Below, piece by piece: positions 12,993-27,139 of a stretch of 64,000 nt of DNA. Position 1 is the stretch's first letter. Each line of letters starts with the position of its first letter. This stretch comes from Octopus vulgaris (lineage: Eukaryota): positions 103,726,001 through 103,790,000 of the forward strand of contig OX597820.1 of NCBI GenBank assembly GCA_951406725.2, in the 5' to 3' direction. The translations under genes were made by a program, and so were the position numbers. Under the pieces are notes generated by a model. It saw only the letters and a list, made by a program, of their open reading frames with translations. It was not told where the DNA came from and did no database searches.

Positions 12993-13476
12993 ATTCGATA
13001 GCTTTACTAAATGCCACTAGCCCTCACTTCTGACCCAGCGACTTCAGATAGTGGGGGGAAGAGTGCAGATGTTAAAACTAAGTGGCGACTGGGAACGTAA
13101 ATTTTCCCTCCAAAATTCTGCCATGCGCGCTTTCTGGGTAATCGTAATGGAATGAGGAATCCACATGGTAATTCAATAAAAATGGTAAATAATTTTCCTG
13201 TGGTTTATCATGTAACCAACAATTATTTACCGGTAAATTTCGGTATGTAAATACGACAAATTAATTGTCAAGACCTTTGTAAGGTTCAGTATATAGTAAA
13301 GAAAAAATAAGAAGGTTAACAGCAGGCTGTTTCACCTCATACCGAAGGAAATAGAAATGGCAGTCAAAGACCGTTTTTCCAATTTCTATAAGTGGAGAAT
13401 CCAAAAACGAAGGCCCTTACGGCTCACATACACAAAACCGGAGTGGCAAATATACGAATTCAGTCACTTACCGTTA

Positions 13477-13541
13477 ATAGCGGACATATGTTTCTGGATC
13501 GCAAACGTGGAAATCAGTTTGAATTCCGTCATCGGCGCTAT
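13477..13541 (-). ncRNA. type I hammerhead ribozyme candidate (copy 2)
   Basis: identical to 12928-12992. Confidence 0.7.
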
Positions 13542-13809
13542 ATTCGATAGCTTTACTAAATGCCACTAGCCCTTACTTCTGACCCAGCGACATCAGATAG
13601 TGGGGGAAGAGTGCAGATGTTAAAACTAAGTGGCGACTGGGAACGTAAATTTTCCCTCCAAAATTCTGCCATGCGCGCTTTCTGGGTAATCGTAATGGAA
13701 TGAGGAATCCACATGGTAATTCAATAAAAATGGTAAATAATTTTCCTGTGGTTTATCATGTAACCAACAATTATTTACCGGCTAGTGGCATTTAGTAAAG
13801 CTATCGAAT

Positions 13810-13874
13810 ATAGCGCCGATGACGGAATTCAAACTGATTTCCACGTTTGCGATCCAGAAACATATGTCCGCTAT
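13810..13874 (+). ncRNA. type I hammerhead ribozyme candidate (inverted copy)
   Basis: stem I atagcg 13810-13815 / cgctat 13869-13874; CCGATGA 13816-13822; GAAA 13857-13860; GTC cleavage triplet 13866-13868. Confidence 0.7.
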
Positions 13875-14051
13875 TAACGGTAAGTGACTGAATTCGTATA
13901 TTTGCCACTCCGGTTTTGTGTATGTGAGCCGTAAGGGCCTTCGTTTTGGGATTCTCCACTTATAGAAATTGGAAAACGGTCTTTGACTGCCATTTCTAAT
14001 TCCTTCGGTATGAGGTGAAACAGCCTGCTGTTAACCTTCTTATTTTTTCTT

Positions 14052-14163
<112 letters not shown>

Positions 14164-15469
14164 GCACTTACATATATTTGGATCAATCTCGTTTGTAATT
14201 ATATTAGCTGTTGTTCTATCTTTTGTGCCACACTTAAAACATTATGTTGTTCAGTCATTAGACTTAGATCCCAGTATTTAGTTTTTCCTGTATACCTGAT
14301 ATTTATTCTATCGGTCTCTCAGCCCCTTTCAGATTCCGTCAACCAAACCCACTCACAAGGCTTTGCCAACCCAGAGTGGGACTGAACGCGGAACCATGTG
14401 GTCGATTTAATCAATTTACTCATTCCCCCCACACTGCTGGCCTTGAGCTAAAATTCGAAACTAATATGGCAGAAGTTATCATGGTACTGTTAAAACACAG
14501 ATCCTTACAGCCACTGCATTCCATATTCAATTAATTTTCCACGATCAAACTTTTAGTGTTGCTTTCATTGTTTTTATCAAGAATTAGTCTTTTCGAAAAT
14601 TGTTTTCATTATTGCGTAATTTTAATTGACATAAAATTAATTAATTGCTCCCCTGGTTTTCAGCACTAGATATTTAAGTGCTTACTATGTATGTATAAAC
14701 CGTAGCCGTTACTCGTAAGCTATTATTATCTGGTAGCGTGCAGTGTGCTTTCGTTAATTGTTTTCGGTGCTAACGTAGTCACGAACTGGCACAGACACAT
14801 TCTCAGCTCTTCCACTTTTGATCCACCAAAACATCTAGGATCTGACAGCTGGAAGAAGAAAGGGACGCATCAGCACTTGGCTGGTACATGTTATCAACTG
14901 ATTTTGAGTGAAGCAATGTGACATGATGTGCCACCCAGCCCAGGTATCGAACTTACAACATTACGATTGTGGTCCAACAGCGAAACCACTAGGCCACACA
15001 CGCAAACACGGACGCACCAACACACACACACATACGCTACACACACGCATCACACTACACATACATATATATTTATAATTATGAATGTATGCATATACAT
15101 ACATCAACATATATAGATACGTATAGATATATAATCATACATGTACATATGTACTCATATATACATTTATACACACATACATATATGTGTGTATATCTAT
15201 ATACGCATGTATGAATGTAAATACATATGTATATATGTGTGCATGTATATGTGTGCATGTATATGTGTATGTATGTATGTATGTATGTATGTATGTATGT
15301 ATGTATGTATGTATGTATGTATGTATGTATGTGTGTGTGTGCGTATATATGCATGCATGTATGTATGTATGTCGATCGTTGGCTGTGAGAATCTGTGGTG
15401 TCGAAGAACTCATCAGGCTAACTTATTTGCATATTTCCCAATGAGGCACTTTGGAATCGTTTAGTTAGA

Positions 15470-16530
15470 ATTTTAATTATCCTTATGAAGTTTGCTGTCA
15501 TTGTGCAATTTTCTTCAAACAGTTGCTTCTTTTACAAATCTGTATTAGGCCTAAGTGTTTGTTTTTATATTTTCGACTGCCCTGGTTCCTTTTCTGTTTA
15601 TTATTATTGAAAGAGTCTGACTTTAATTTCAATCTCCAAAAGTGCTTTTAGAGGTGGGAATTTTCGCTGTTATTATCTTATTTACTCAAGCGATTTGAAA
15701 TCTTTATTCTTCGTCTCACAAAGACCCACCTGTCTCGAGGAATAACGGTTTTGTGTGTATTGCCTCTCTTCTATGGGACAAATTTAATACATATGGCTTA
15801 AATTACTGACACAAATTCTTTGAGTTTCCTGTTCTTGCCTTGCACGGAGCGGCTTTTTTTTTTTTCGCCAATTTGGTTTCAAGGGATCTCTGTGGATAAG
15901 GTTCCGATACTTCTTATGTGATATACATGCTTAAAACCATGCATTGTTAGTTCTATTATGTTGTGGTCTGAGAAAATTGTTGGCGTCACCTTCACATAGT
16001 AGACGAGGTCCATGTTATTTATGAAGTAGAGCTTTAAGATGTTGCTCTTGGTCATGTACATAATCATCATTCTAATGGCCTGATCTTCTTGAGATTATGC
16101 TACCTTCGGCCCATTTGATGGTGGAAGAGTTAAGGTGCCCAACAGACGTACATTAATGCGTTGATCTATTTTATCATTCTAAGGCTTACTTCAAATTTTA
16201 CCGTCATAAAGTGAAATGTCAAGTTAGTGATATGATGTCTGTATTACCACATCGAGTTGCTTTAAAAGTAAAATGAGTGTGTCGGAGACTGAGTTCGAAT
16301 CTGACAGCAGAATGTGACATTTTAACGGATGTAAATAGCAACTCCACATGACTTCTTTCTTGTCTGTCTGTACGAAACGCATACTTTGGTATGTGTATCT
16401 CCGCATCCTTTATGTCAACAAATACATAAGTGTTTTGCGTATTGCTTGTATGCAAAAAGATCTCACAAGTATGACATTTTGCCCCTGTTGTTGAACTGTA
16501 ACATACCTCGTAGTGGCCTTGTGTATGAAT
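15470..16530 (-). pseudogene. LINE (CR1/L2-like) APE endonuclease remnant
   Basis: DAEIHIPKY..FRTDR..RSH and NNMDLV...VTPTIFSDHNIIE motifs; many stops. Confidence 0.7.
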
Positions 16531-16682
16531 GTACATGGCTTTGGGCCAATCTCGTTTGTAATTATATTAGCGGTTGCTCTATCTTTTGTGCCACACTTAA
16601 AACATTATGTTGTTCTACCTATGCATCTGTTTCAATCATTAGACTTCGATCCCAGTATTTACTTTTTCCTATATACCCGATA

Positions 16683-17094
16683 GGCGCAGGAGTGGCTGTG
16701 TGGTAAGTAGCTTGCTAACCAACCACATGGTTCCAGGTTCAGTCCCACTGCGTAGCACCTTGGGCAAGTGTCTTCTACTATAGCCTCGGGCCGACCAAAG
16801 CCTTGTGAGTGGATCTGGTAGACGGAAACTGAAAGAAGCCCGTCGTATATATGTATATATATATATATGCGTCTGTGTGTTTGTATGTCTGTGTTTGTCC
16901 CCCTAGCATTGCTTGACAACCGATGCTGGTGTGTTTATGTCCCCGACAACTAGCAGTTCGGCAAAAGAGACCGATAGAATAAGTACTGGGCTTACAAAGA
17001 ATAAGTCTCGGGGTCGATTTGCTCGACTAAAAGGCGGTGCTCCAGCATGGCCGCAGTCAAATGACTGAAACAAGTAAAAGAGTAAAGAGTAAGA
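16683..17094 (+). mobile_element. SINE family A, full length
   Basis: A box tggctgtgtgg, B box ggttcagtccc, CORE-like ccttgggcaagt, internal microsatellite, agagta tail; gata on both flanks. Confidence 0.92.
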
Positions 17095-17272
17095 GATATT
17101 CTATCGGTCTCTCAGCCTCTTCAGATTCCGTCAACTAAACCCACTCACAAGGCTTTGCCAGCCCAGAGTGGGACTGAACGCGGAACCATGTGGTTGGGAA
17201 ACAAACGTATTACTACACAGCTACGCTTGCGTCTATATATTTATGTGTATTTATATGTGCAAATATATATAA

Positions 17273-17715
17273 CGATCAAAACGCCCCCCGTCCAATGGAC
17301 AGTGCTGAGTTGTCAAAAATTTAAACCAAATTTTCTCAAAACAACTTGTCCGACCGTCCCATTTTGTGGCATTATTTCAAGCCAGCCGGCTTTTTTGCGC
17401 AAATAACACGTGCATTTTTCTCGCGTACGCGTAGTATCGATCGTAACAGATGATGTACTTGCCCGTACAAATGCACGTTCCCACTACTTTATCGATTGCA
17501 TTCTCACCTGGAATCGATTTTTGTAATTTTTTCAAGTCTTATACACGCTCTGATACCGTCGGTATCTACATATAAAATTTGAGCGCAATCGGATGGAGCC
17601 TTTTTTTTTTTCTTCTTTCGCCAATTTGGTTTTAAGGGCTCTCTGAGGACCGACACCCAGTCGAGTTTGTAAAAATTTAGTTTCTACACAGACAGAACGG
17701 ATTTTATATAATAGA
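17273..17715 (-). mobile_element. non-autonomous Helitron-like element
   Basis: minus strand begins A|TCtattatataaaatccgttctgtctgtg and ends with hairpin ctgtccattggacgg followed by ..gatcg|T. Confidence 0.55.
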
Positions 17716-18240
17716 TTAGACATGTGGATATATATGTGTGTATAAACATACATACAAGTATGTATGTGTGTGTGTATGTATGTCTGTATGTATGTATGTA
17801 TGTATGTATGTATGTATGTATGTATGTATGTATGTATGTATGTATGTACATTGTACCAAATAGCTTACACATACTCGTATCATAAACAAACCAACAAATT
17901 TTGTGTTTACTTCAAATACTTCATCTTCCTCTTACTTTTTTAAAAGCAAATATATATATATATATTTTTTTATCGATATTTCATGTTACTATGGTGACTT
18001 CTCAAGCCACATAGAAGTTCTCTCCATGACCTAATACCCGGCAGACTGCTCCAATAAAATTAAAGAAAACCAGCTATAAAGACTCAGATTTCTCAACTGT
18101 CATTTAACTTTTTCAAACGACCTATTTTTACCTCACGTATATTTCCCATTATGTATTATAAATTGACTGGATTGCTTTCGTTTAAATAGTATACCTTTAG
18201 CTTTAATGACAGGCTTCTTCTCATTACTTACATTGTTATC

Positions 18241-18241
18241 A

Positions 18242-18288
<47 letters not shown>

Positions 18289-18530
18289 CAACAACAACAA
18301 TAATAATAATAATAATTATAGCAATAACAACCACGGTGTATCATTTTTATTATTATTATTATTATCATCATCATCATCATCATGTATATACGTTCAAAAT
18401 GCTTGTAATTGTATAAAGCGGATGATCCCCCCCTCTCTCTCTCTCCAACACTTCTCACTCTCTCTCTCTCTCTCTCCAACTCTTCTCTCGCTCCCTCTCT
18501 CCCCCCTCTCTCTCTCTTTTTCTCTCTAGC
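18241..18530. repeat. (AAT)n/(AAC)n/(ATC)n and (CT)n microsatellites
   Basis: direct reading. Confidence 0.9.
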
Positions 18531-18702
18531 TGGCTAGCTAATTTATGATAGAATGAGTGTGCCTCGTGAAATTTAGAGTAACTACGAATGAATCATCGAC
18601 TTTATTTGTACATCCATTCATACATATACTCATGCATACATACACACATATATACACACACACACACACACATATATATACATGCATACCTATATATATA
18701 TA

Positions 18703-18929
18703 GGCGAGTTGGCAGAAACGTTAGCGCGCCGGGCGAATTGCTTAGCGGTATTTCGTCTGTCTTTACGTTCTGAGTTCAAATTCTGCTGAGGTCGACTTTG
18801 CTTTTCATCCTGTCGGGGTCGATAAATAAAGTACCAGTTTCGCACTGGGTCGATGTAATCGACTTAATCCCTTTGTCTGTCCTTGTTTGTCCCCTCTATG
18901 TTTAGCCCCTTGTGGGTAGTAAAGAAATA
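18703..18929 (+). mobile_element. SINE family B
   Basis: head ggcgagYtggcagaaacgttagc, B-box-like gagttcaaattc, central cttttcatcctgtcggggtcgataaa. Confidence 0.9.
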
Positions 18930-18949
18930 TATATATATATATATATATA

Positions 18950-19095
18950 TACATTATTTACATTATTTACATTTGATTGATATTTGCCCTCATCTTGTTA
19001 ACACAACGATTCGGTTGATATACCCTCCAGCCTTCATCAGGTGTTTGGGGGAAATTTCGAACCTGGATTCTCATTCCTAAGGTATTTTTCGATGT
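18950..19095 (-). mobile_element. Penelope-like terminal fragment with minimal hammerhead remnant (19000-19045)
   Basis: minus strand aacac-CTGATGA-aggctg..caacc-GAAt-c-g-TT-gtgtt; abuts (TA)n. Confidence 0.6.
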
Positions 19096-19128
19096 TATTA
19101 TTATTATTATTATTATTAATAATATTAA

Positions 19129-19342
19129 GGTGGCTAGCAGGCAAAATCGTTAGCACGCCGGGTGAAATGTTTAGCGGTACGTCGCCCCTCGCAACGTTCT
19201 GAGTTCAAATTCCGACGAGGTCGATTTTTGCCTTACATCTTTTCGGGGTCGATAAATTAAGTACCAGTGAGACACTGGAGTCGATGTAATTGGCCAGTCG
19301 CCTCCCCTAAAATTTCAACCGTTATGCCTTTAGTAGAAAGGA
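19129..19342 (+). mobile_element. SINE family B, followed by (TTA)n
   Basis: similarity to other family B copies. Confidence 0.85.
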
Positions 19343-19374
19343 GGCCTTGTGCCTATTGTAGAAAAGATTATTAC

Positions 19375-19425
<51 letters not shown>

Positions 19426-19949
19426 TACTACTATTATTATTGCTACTATTACTATCATTATTACTGCTATCATTATTTTTCTGCTGGCTTCCTACAGACA
19501 TTAAAAATTTTGTTCTAAAAATCCTACAAGTTTTCAGGTGTAACAGAAGGATTTTTTTTTCTTTTTTTGTTATTTCATACAAGGACTACTATAAAACATG
19601 TGAGAGTGTCTGCCCTGTATCTGGGCCAGACAAGAACCTCAGTTTATTTGTTGTCCTTTTTTTTATATTTCTATTTTAATTTTATAACGATAAGTCACAA
19701 ATGGTTTCTCGTTATACGTGAACCGCGTCCAGAAGAAATTACAGCAAGCAAAGCAAGCAGCTATTTAATATAAAAAGTAAAATATGTGGTAAAATATTAA
19801 TGAACCCACAGCACTAAAGAAAAGGAAGATCGTGAAAATAATGGCATTTTAACAGGAAAACGTAGCATTATAAACAACAGCAGACGAGCACGTACTTAGT
19901 CTAACGAAACTGTACTGAACACCAGCCATTGCCCATCACTAGCAAGCGA

Positions 19950-20620
19950 ACTTTCGAAACAGGAAGAAACTAGATAATGAAAGATTAAAACTAGGAGCAT
20001 TTTGTTCACATGAAGGACACCAGCCTTCCATAATATATTGCAAAAGTATACGAGAGGAGAATGGTAATGTCCGTATTTTTTGCTAAAGCCAAGAGCTAAA
20101 TCATGAGAAGGACGGACACAAAGGGTGACTGTCAGAGACATCACTGACAATATCGAACTCTGCAATCGAACTTCCCATTACAGGTAGGTGATACCTACCT
20201 ATATTGTGCCGACATATTTTTCGACGATATATTGCTGGATGAATTCACCATGGACATACAAGTCCTAATGATCCAGCAAGACGATTAAACGGTACTAGAA
20301 TTTTGTCTTGTAGAAATGGTTCAAAGGGGAGGACTTTAAAACTCAGCATCGAAGGCAGAAAGTCCATCTGCAGTATATGTGGCAGTAAAACCTATTTTAG
20401 GGCTTTCTGGCCAGCAAGCATAAAACAAATAAAAGATACCCACAATGCAACAAACCGAAGAGATTTCTGCCTAAAGTGACGCCGTTACAATACTAGAGTC
20501 GTCCAAAACATCATCCTATGCTCATCACCAAATCCAAGAGCTTCACCTCTCAGCCTCAACCAGCAGAGACAGGGAGAATTATCCACAGCAACAACGAAAG
20601 CAAAAAGTAAATGACTAAGA
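19950..20620 (+). pseudogene. possible LINE ORF1 (gag-like zinc knuckle) remnant
   Basis: LSIEGRKSICSICGSKT near 20342 resembles the EGRxxxCxxCGxxxH knuckle of L1/Tx1-type ORF1. Confidence 0.35.
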
Positions 20621-20681
20621 AACCTTCCCACACAGCAGTTCTGCCCCATTCGCTAATAATAATGTGGAACAAACTGATAGA

Positions 20682-20899
20682 TTTATCTTTGATCTTTTAC
20701 TTGTTTCAGTCATCAGACGGCGGCCATGCTGGGGCAACGCCATAAAGAATTTTTTAATTGAATAAATCGATCCCAGTAATTATTTATTAAAATCTGATAC
20801 TTATTCTATCAATCCTTTTTGCAGAGCAGCTAAGTTACGGAGACGTAAACACACCAACACCAAGCAGTGGTGGGGAACAAACAGAGACTCAAAGATACA

Positions 20900-20959
<60 letters not shown>

Positions 20960-21116
20960 CTATGGGTTTTTTTCAGTTTCCTTCCACCAAATCCACTCGC
21001 ACGGCCTTAGTCGGTCCGAGGCTATAGTAGAAAACATTTACCCAAGGTGCTACGTAATGAGATCTAACCCGGAACCATGTAGTTGGAAAACAAGCTTCTT
21101 ACCACACTGTCACGCC
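20682..21116 (-). mobile_element. SINE family A
   Basis: reverse complement similarity to the 16683 copy. Confidence 0.88.
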
Positions 21117-21379
21117 AAAAAAGAAAAGATAGCAAGGGAAAAAAGGAAACAAAAGAAGCGCGTGGACGATTACAACCACCACGAAGAGGAGATGCTCTCC
21201 CTTGAGAAGTAAATCTTCTATGAAACAGTTACTTTTTTAATAAAATACTTTTTACAGTTACTTTTTCAATAAATTTAATCTAAAAACCGAATGTGTAGGC
21301 TTTTAACAGTGAAATGCTAAAAAAATTAATAAACACAAATGTAAATTTACTTTATACATTGCATAAAATAAACATAATA

Positions 21380-22800
21380 CACATTAATAAGTGATACTCA
21401 CCAGTGAGTAACAGCTGGTTTTACTGCAACATAATTCAATTCATTCTTCCTGAATTTCTGCTTCAACATCACAATTAAATAGATCTATCCTCCGTACTTT
21501 TACTACAAAAGGAATATACAAGAGAATCTCTTATTAATGCTAGAATTTAACGATAATATGTGTCCAGAACATGCTTCAAGATCCATTTAGTTAAAGGCAA
21601 AACACATTTTTACTAGCTCAAGCATGCTATAAAATAGTTTCAAAGTAAATTGGCTAGAAATTTCTAATTTATCATTGAATACTTTCAATGGTGCTTTACG
21701 ATCTGACACTGTAATGAAGTTGAAATATCTCATAAAGTTTTCCAAATATCCAGGCTAGACACAATATATATTATTGTTATGATTTCCTATTTCCTGTCGA
21801 GAACGTTAACTACGGCATCAAAAAGGCTTATAAATCTTGCAAAACAATTTCCTTTGGGAACTCATCTGACTTCCGTATGTAAAGGCATACTATTCATTAT
21901 CATCAGAACAAAATTTCCTGAATTAGCGATGATATTTGCTATGTGAGTTTATTTCATTGGTAAGTTTGAAAACAATACTAAGTAAATAATGCAAACTGAA
22001 CTCATTGTTTTTTTCTTGCAAAATTGCCCGTATGAACAACACCATCTATTACAAGGATTCCAGGATTTTTTAAATGCGCTACAAGGCCTTTCTGTCCACT
22101 GACTATTGAGATAGTGTCATCAGCTGCAACTGATATCAACTTTTCTGACGGAACTAAACTTTCATTAGCCTAGAATCTTGAAGTAATAAAAATATATTCC
22201 TTAGTAATAAACAGTTTCTAGTTATTTTACAAATGATATATCATCGTACGGTTTACTGTCAACGTTAAAATATGTACATATGCCATAAGATGTGCCTTGT
22301 TATTGACAACTGTAGAATCATCACCCTAAATTGAGAAATTAATCTTTATTTTGAATCTTTTAACTACATATTGTTAGATATTCATAGATATACCATGAAT
22401 TTGCTTCGAAATGAATACTAGTAAAATTTTTAAGGTACCTGAAAGATGATCAGGTATTACATCTAAAATAATATGACATGGGCTTCATGACCTAAGTATT
22501 TGTTTAACAGCAGTCATATGTTACAACAATGTTTGAAATTGCAATTGATCCAGAAGTGTATTCATCTAATTTACTATCTTTTACTTTTTCTTTATAAAAC
22601 GTATGAATAATTTTCATGGCTGCTCAAATCTAGCTTCCATTTTAACATAGAAAACAATTTTATTAGCTTTATCTGTATGCTTCCTTTTTAATGAGGTCTT
22701 GGTGGTTATAAAGCTTCATTCAAATGTGTAGTATTACATAAATAGGGTTTCTCAACAGAGATGATATTCAATAAACCCATAAGATTCGTTTTGGTAACAC
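21380..22800 (-). pseudogene. decayed hAT/Buster-type transposase
   Basis: minus strand SI*GDDSTVVNNKAHLMAYV resembles the Buster motif SIQLDESTD....QLxxYVR; heavily disrupted. Confidence 0.55.
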
Positions 22801-23049
22801 TTTTCCTTTGTTCCAGTTGACATTGCTAAGGAATCTTGTGCACTGCGTAATTGCAATTAAAAATTGTCCATGATAAAGTACTTCAAAATATCTGAAATTT
22901 GGGAATAAGATTAGTTGAGTCATTAAAAAAAAATATGGAATTCATATACAAAAGCTCTACTCCTCAAATACAAAATGTTTGTCTCTCTGACTTGATTTAT
23001 TGGAATTAACTCCCAATAAAGCAGCTACACTCAACAGAAAAAAGGTCTC

Positions 23050-23480
23050 AAGCAAACCACTTAGTGAACTGGAAGTCACAAAAGTAAATAGAAAAAAGAA
23101 TAAAGAAAAATGTAAGAAATCTAACGAGAAACTGTCTTAAGGATCTTAAAATAATCAGCGCAAAATTTAAAAGAATTAAGATCATATTCATCTGGTAAGG
23201 AAGGGAGATCCACAATATAGACATTTGAAAAAAGAAGCTACAAATGTAGTAGCCCTTCTTGAAGTGGGGAACAATAACAGTGAAAAGATGACAATTAGTT
23301 GAAAGAAGAGACGATGATTACTAAACTTAAGAGGATGCGCAAGAAAGTTCGACAGAGCAACGACTATGAGATTATATATAGAATAGAGATTTTAAAAAAA
23401 GCAACATTCTGGTGATTAGAGAGATGAAAGATTAGCACCAAGTAAAACAGATGTGCAAAGTGTTTTAGATATAAGTATAC
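23050..23480 (-). pseudogene. LINE (CR1/L2/Jockey group) 3' remnant
   Basis: degenerate C-terminal motifs similar to those at 23965-24300. Confidence 0.45.
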
Positions 23481-23964
23481 TTTCAAATACGTTACGATGC
23501 CATTTCATCCCAATCGCGTGAATCATTAGACACCACTTTGGTAATTAAAAACACAAAAAGCAAACGAAAAATAACTACGTTATTTTATTGGAACAGCCTA
23601 ATTTTAAATTAAAACAGCCTCATTAACGTTAAGTAGGTTAGTCTGACATTCTCCTCTCTAAGCATTGTAACGTTTTCCAAATAATACATTAAAACCTCGG
23701 TTAACAATCCTCATTTATGAATTTTTATCATATAACTATGCAAACAAGAATTGCGAGCATAAGTTGAGTGATTAAATAGAGGGATTAGAAGAATAATAAT
23801 GAAGTCATTCTCTCCATACTTGGAAAAGGGACAAATGCGAAAATTAAATCACTTAGGGAACTGAAAAAAAAAAAGTAATGGTAACTTGTTATCGCACAAA
23901 ATATAACACCCCCACCTACATTTCTAATTAACTAATAACTGAACACTGAATGCTCAATCGTCAC

Positions 23965-25930
23965 TAAGCTCTATTTCCTTTTTTTAAAACTTGCTGACTG
24001 AAAGAAGGGGGAGATCCCATGGCCCTTACAGGCCCGCTAATATTGAGATTGGTGCTATTGGTGCTCCGTTTAAATTGTTGTAGGTCAACACCTTCAGGAA
24101 GTAAGGAGGTAAGGAGGAGATTCCAGACAATCGATGTTCTGGGAATAAAGAACTGAGCATAGTCGTTAGTGCGGGAAAAGGAGTTTAGACCCACCACGAA
24201 TGCAGAGAAGTGGAGAGATGAATGGGTTCGAAGTTCCTTCGTGGTGGTAGTAAAGGACCAGCCAGCTCTGAGGAACAGAGATCTTTAAGACAGAGAGAGG
24301 AGACAGGCTAGAGGTCATAATGTGTCTATTAGTGATGGTTGGAGTCCAGGATATCAGGCGTAGCAGCATCCCTCTCTAAGATGCGTTCCCTGTATTCCGT
24401 TGCCGTCATCAGCTGTTGGAGACAGAACGCTTTCTGACCCTGAAAAGAAGGATCTTTCTTGAGGTGCAATTAAACTATGCTAAGGATGTGCTTTCACTGG
24501 GAAAGAACATTGGTGACACGAGGCCCAGTATTTGGAGTAATTTCGAGGTCTCTAGCTGAGTGCTGCTCATGATTAGAAAGAGTATCGTACGATTGCGTTT
24601 TCTTGATATAAGTAATGCTTAAGTTTTTCTTTAGCTATTAAAAGAGGTAAGGTTGTCATGGCCCCAGTGGGAGATACAATCAAGATTTCCGTTTATGGAG
24701 TCGAAGCATATTTGCTGTATAGTGTCTAGTTTATGTATGGATGATGGACGCTTCGGGAAGATTGGAGGGAAAAGAAGGGTCATGTCATCTGCATAAGAGG
24801 GGGCGTCGTTCAATGTGATGACTAGTAGGTCATGGAAGTACGGAAGAGAGTCGAGTACAGAACCAAACTCTGAGTAATACCAGAGTTGATTGATAACTGG
24901 GCAGAAAGAGCTCCGTCAATACATCCTGCAGTGGTGTGATCTGATGAGAAGCTACCTGAGATATAAGAGATGATTGGAGGCCTTAGGAGGAAATTTTTAA
25001 TAGGAGATTTACATCTCAGACACAGTCGAAGCTTATACTAATGTTGTGAACAACAGCATTGCTTTCGCCGAACTTCTGTGGGAGACAACTTACTGGTGGA
25101 AGACATAAGAGAATAGGTCTCCAGTAGACTAGGCTTTGAAGAAGACTTATTAGCAATCATTGGAGAGAAAAATATTCAAGATGCTGGTGAACGTCATGGT
25201 TAATAATTGTGTCCATTACCTTTGACATACTAGAGGGGAGAACAATGGCGCGATAGTTAGCAGAGTTGGAGGGAGTTGCCTTTCTTTGGAATTGAACATA
25301 TTGAAGCGTGCTTCCAAATGTCAGGGAATATCCCCCTAGAAAGTGGGAGATTAGAGTTTGGTCAGTATAGAAGCTAGTTCTGGGATACATTACTTAAGTG
25401 TAATGAAAGAGATGCTTATTTGTTAAAAGCAGCTGAAGATATTTTCGCACTTGGCGTGTTTGTAAGTAGGAGTGGGAACCTATTGGAGTGGAAGGGAATA
25501 GATTTGGAGGGGTTTGTTCCAAGAGTGTGTCGTGTGGAATTGTACGCAGCAAGGGTGGATGCTGATACATGAATCACCTCTGACCTACTCATCTCACCAC
25601 CTCTAAGCGCTAGAGGCACATGCAAACCCTTTTCTACATTCTTACAGAGTTACCTTTGTTCGGAAAAGTAAAAGTGATTTCTGCAAAGTTGGTGGAGGTC
25701 TTTTTGAAAGGAAACAGAAGGATCAGCTGCAGTTTAGGAAACGAGAAATTTTGAGTGCCGTGTGAAAGCATTCTTTGCACACTAGATAGCTGTATTACAC
25801 CTACTGAGTGAATGCCACCCAGCTTTAGGTTGTGGGCATTAAGTATCATGTCTCAAAACAGAACGCAACATTCGCAGTCGCTTTGAACTCGTACCCTATG
25901 GGGAGACTTTCACCACGTTATCTGCTTGGC
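23965..25930 (-). pseudogene. LINE (CR1/L2/Jockey group) reverse transcriptase remnant
   Basis: NYRAIVLPSSMSKVMD, SYADDMTL, FFIPRTSIVWNLL. Confidence 0.85.
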
Positions 25931-27139
25931 CAAATAGTATATCTGTTAATGTAATGCTTAATTCAAACTAATAGACACACGTATATTTATAAACACTACA
26001 AAACAGTATAACGTGGATTTTAAATAAATACTTATACTGTGTGAAATCTATGTTTAATAAGCACGTACTTAATGTACGTTGAACATTAGTCCCTTAACTA
26101 AGCAACAGGACTTTCGTTAGCTTCGAATGATGCTATTACCGACTGGTTTCATCTGTCAATAACCTGCTGAAGTTAAGAAACAAAGCGCTCCTTGCAGAAA
26201 TGTGAATAAAAAAACTAACGAGTGTAAATGAAATTTGCACAATGGTAGAAGATTGACGGCTAGAATTAATAACTGGAATAGCAATACAATATCGGTTATG
26301 AGTAGAGATATAATAGCAGAGGATAATTTTAGATTGTTGAGCTGAGGACTTGTAAATTTTAGAACTAATTGCTCAATTTCAACAATTTAGCCGTCACTGT
26401 TAATATGAAATATGAAAATCCAAGCCCAGTACTCAAATAAATTTATGGTGCATGATTCATACTCTTGTAACCATTTAAATTATTCAAGATGGGGTTAGCA
26501 GTATGTTCGTTCTTTCGTTACAACAGAAAACAGATTTCCTTGTACGTGTCATGCTTCGTATTCAAAAAGCAGTTTATCAGTCACCTAATTATTGTAGTTT
26601 AGCTCTCAGTTGTCCTTTATAGAGCATATATATGATCAAAGGAATTCCAGCAATGACCATCCTGTTTTCATTTTAGACCTATTGAACAATGAACTACATA
26701 GTCTAATATGCTTTTTTTAAAGGCAGTTGGCTATGATTTGAAGCAGGCTGCTATTTATTATCAGGTCGAGAAACTCCTTCACAGTTGTGTAAATGTAGCT
26801 TGGAGGGATTGTGGAAATTAAAACCTACTTTTTATAACGAAGGGAATGAAATATTGATATAAATATAATAAACATTTTTAAGAAAGTTGAGTGACACATT
26901 TATATTACATTCTTTACTCTGAGAAAACTATTCAGTTCTCATTGCCTTTGATAACGAAAATAATTGTCTCTATCTCATAAAAGTGTGGGATAAATATTTG
27001 TTCTTTCATTAGAAGATATATTCAGTTTGTGTTATTAATATACATTATTTCATATTTTATGCATATCTATAAAAATAATATATTTTCCTGTAAACAATGA
27101 ATTTCAATTCATCATTGTTCGCCCTAAAACAATTGTTTC

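Noticed and set aside
12808-13569. Identical 70-aa ORF in each 548-bp unit
   Set aside because: It is antisense to the hammerheads, has no recognisable domain, and identity only reflects recent duplication
16683-16760. tRNA gene
   Set aside because: The A and B boxes belong to a SINE head; there is no complete cloverleaf
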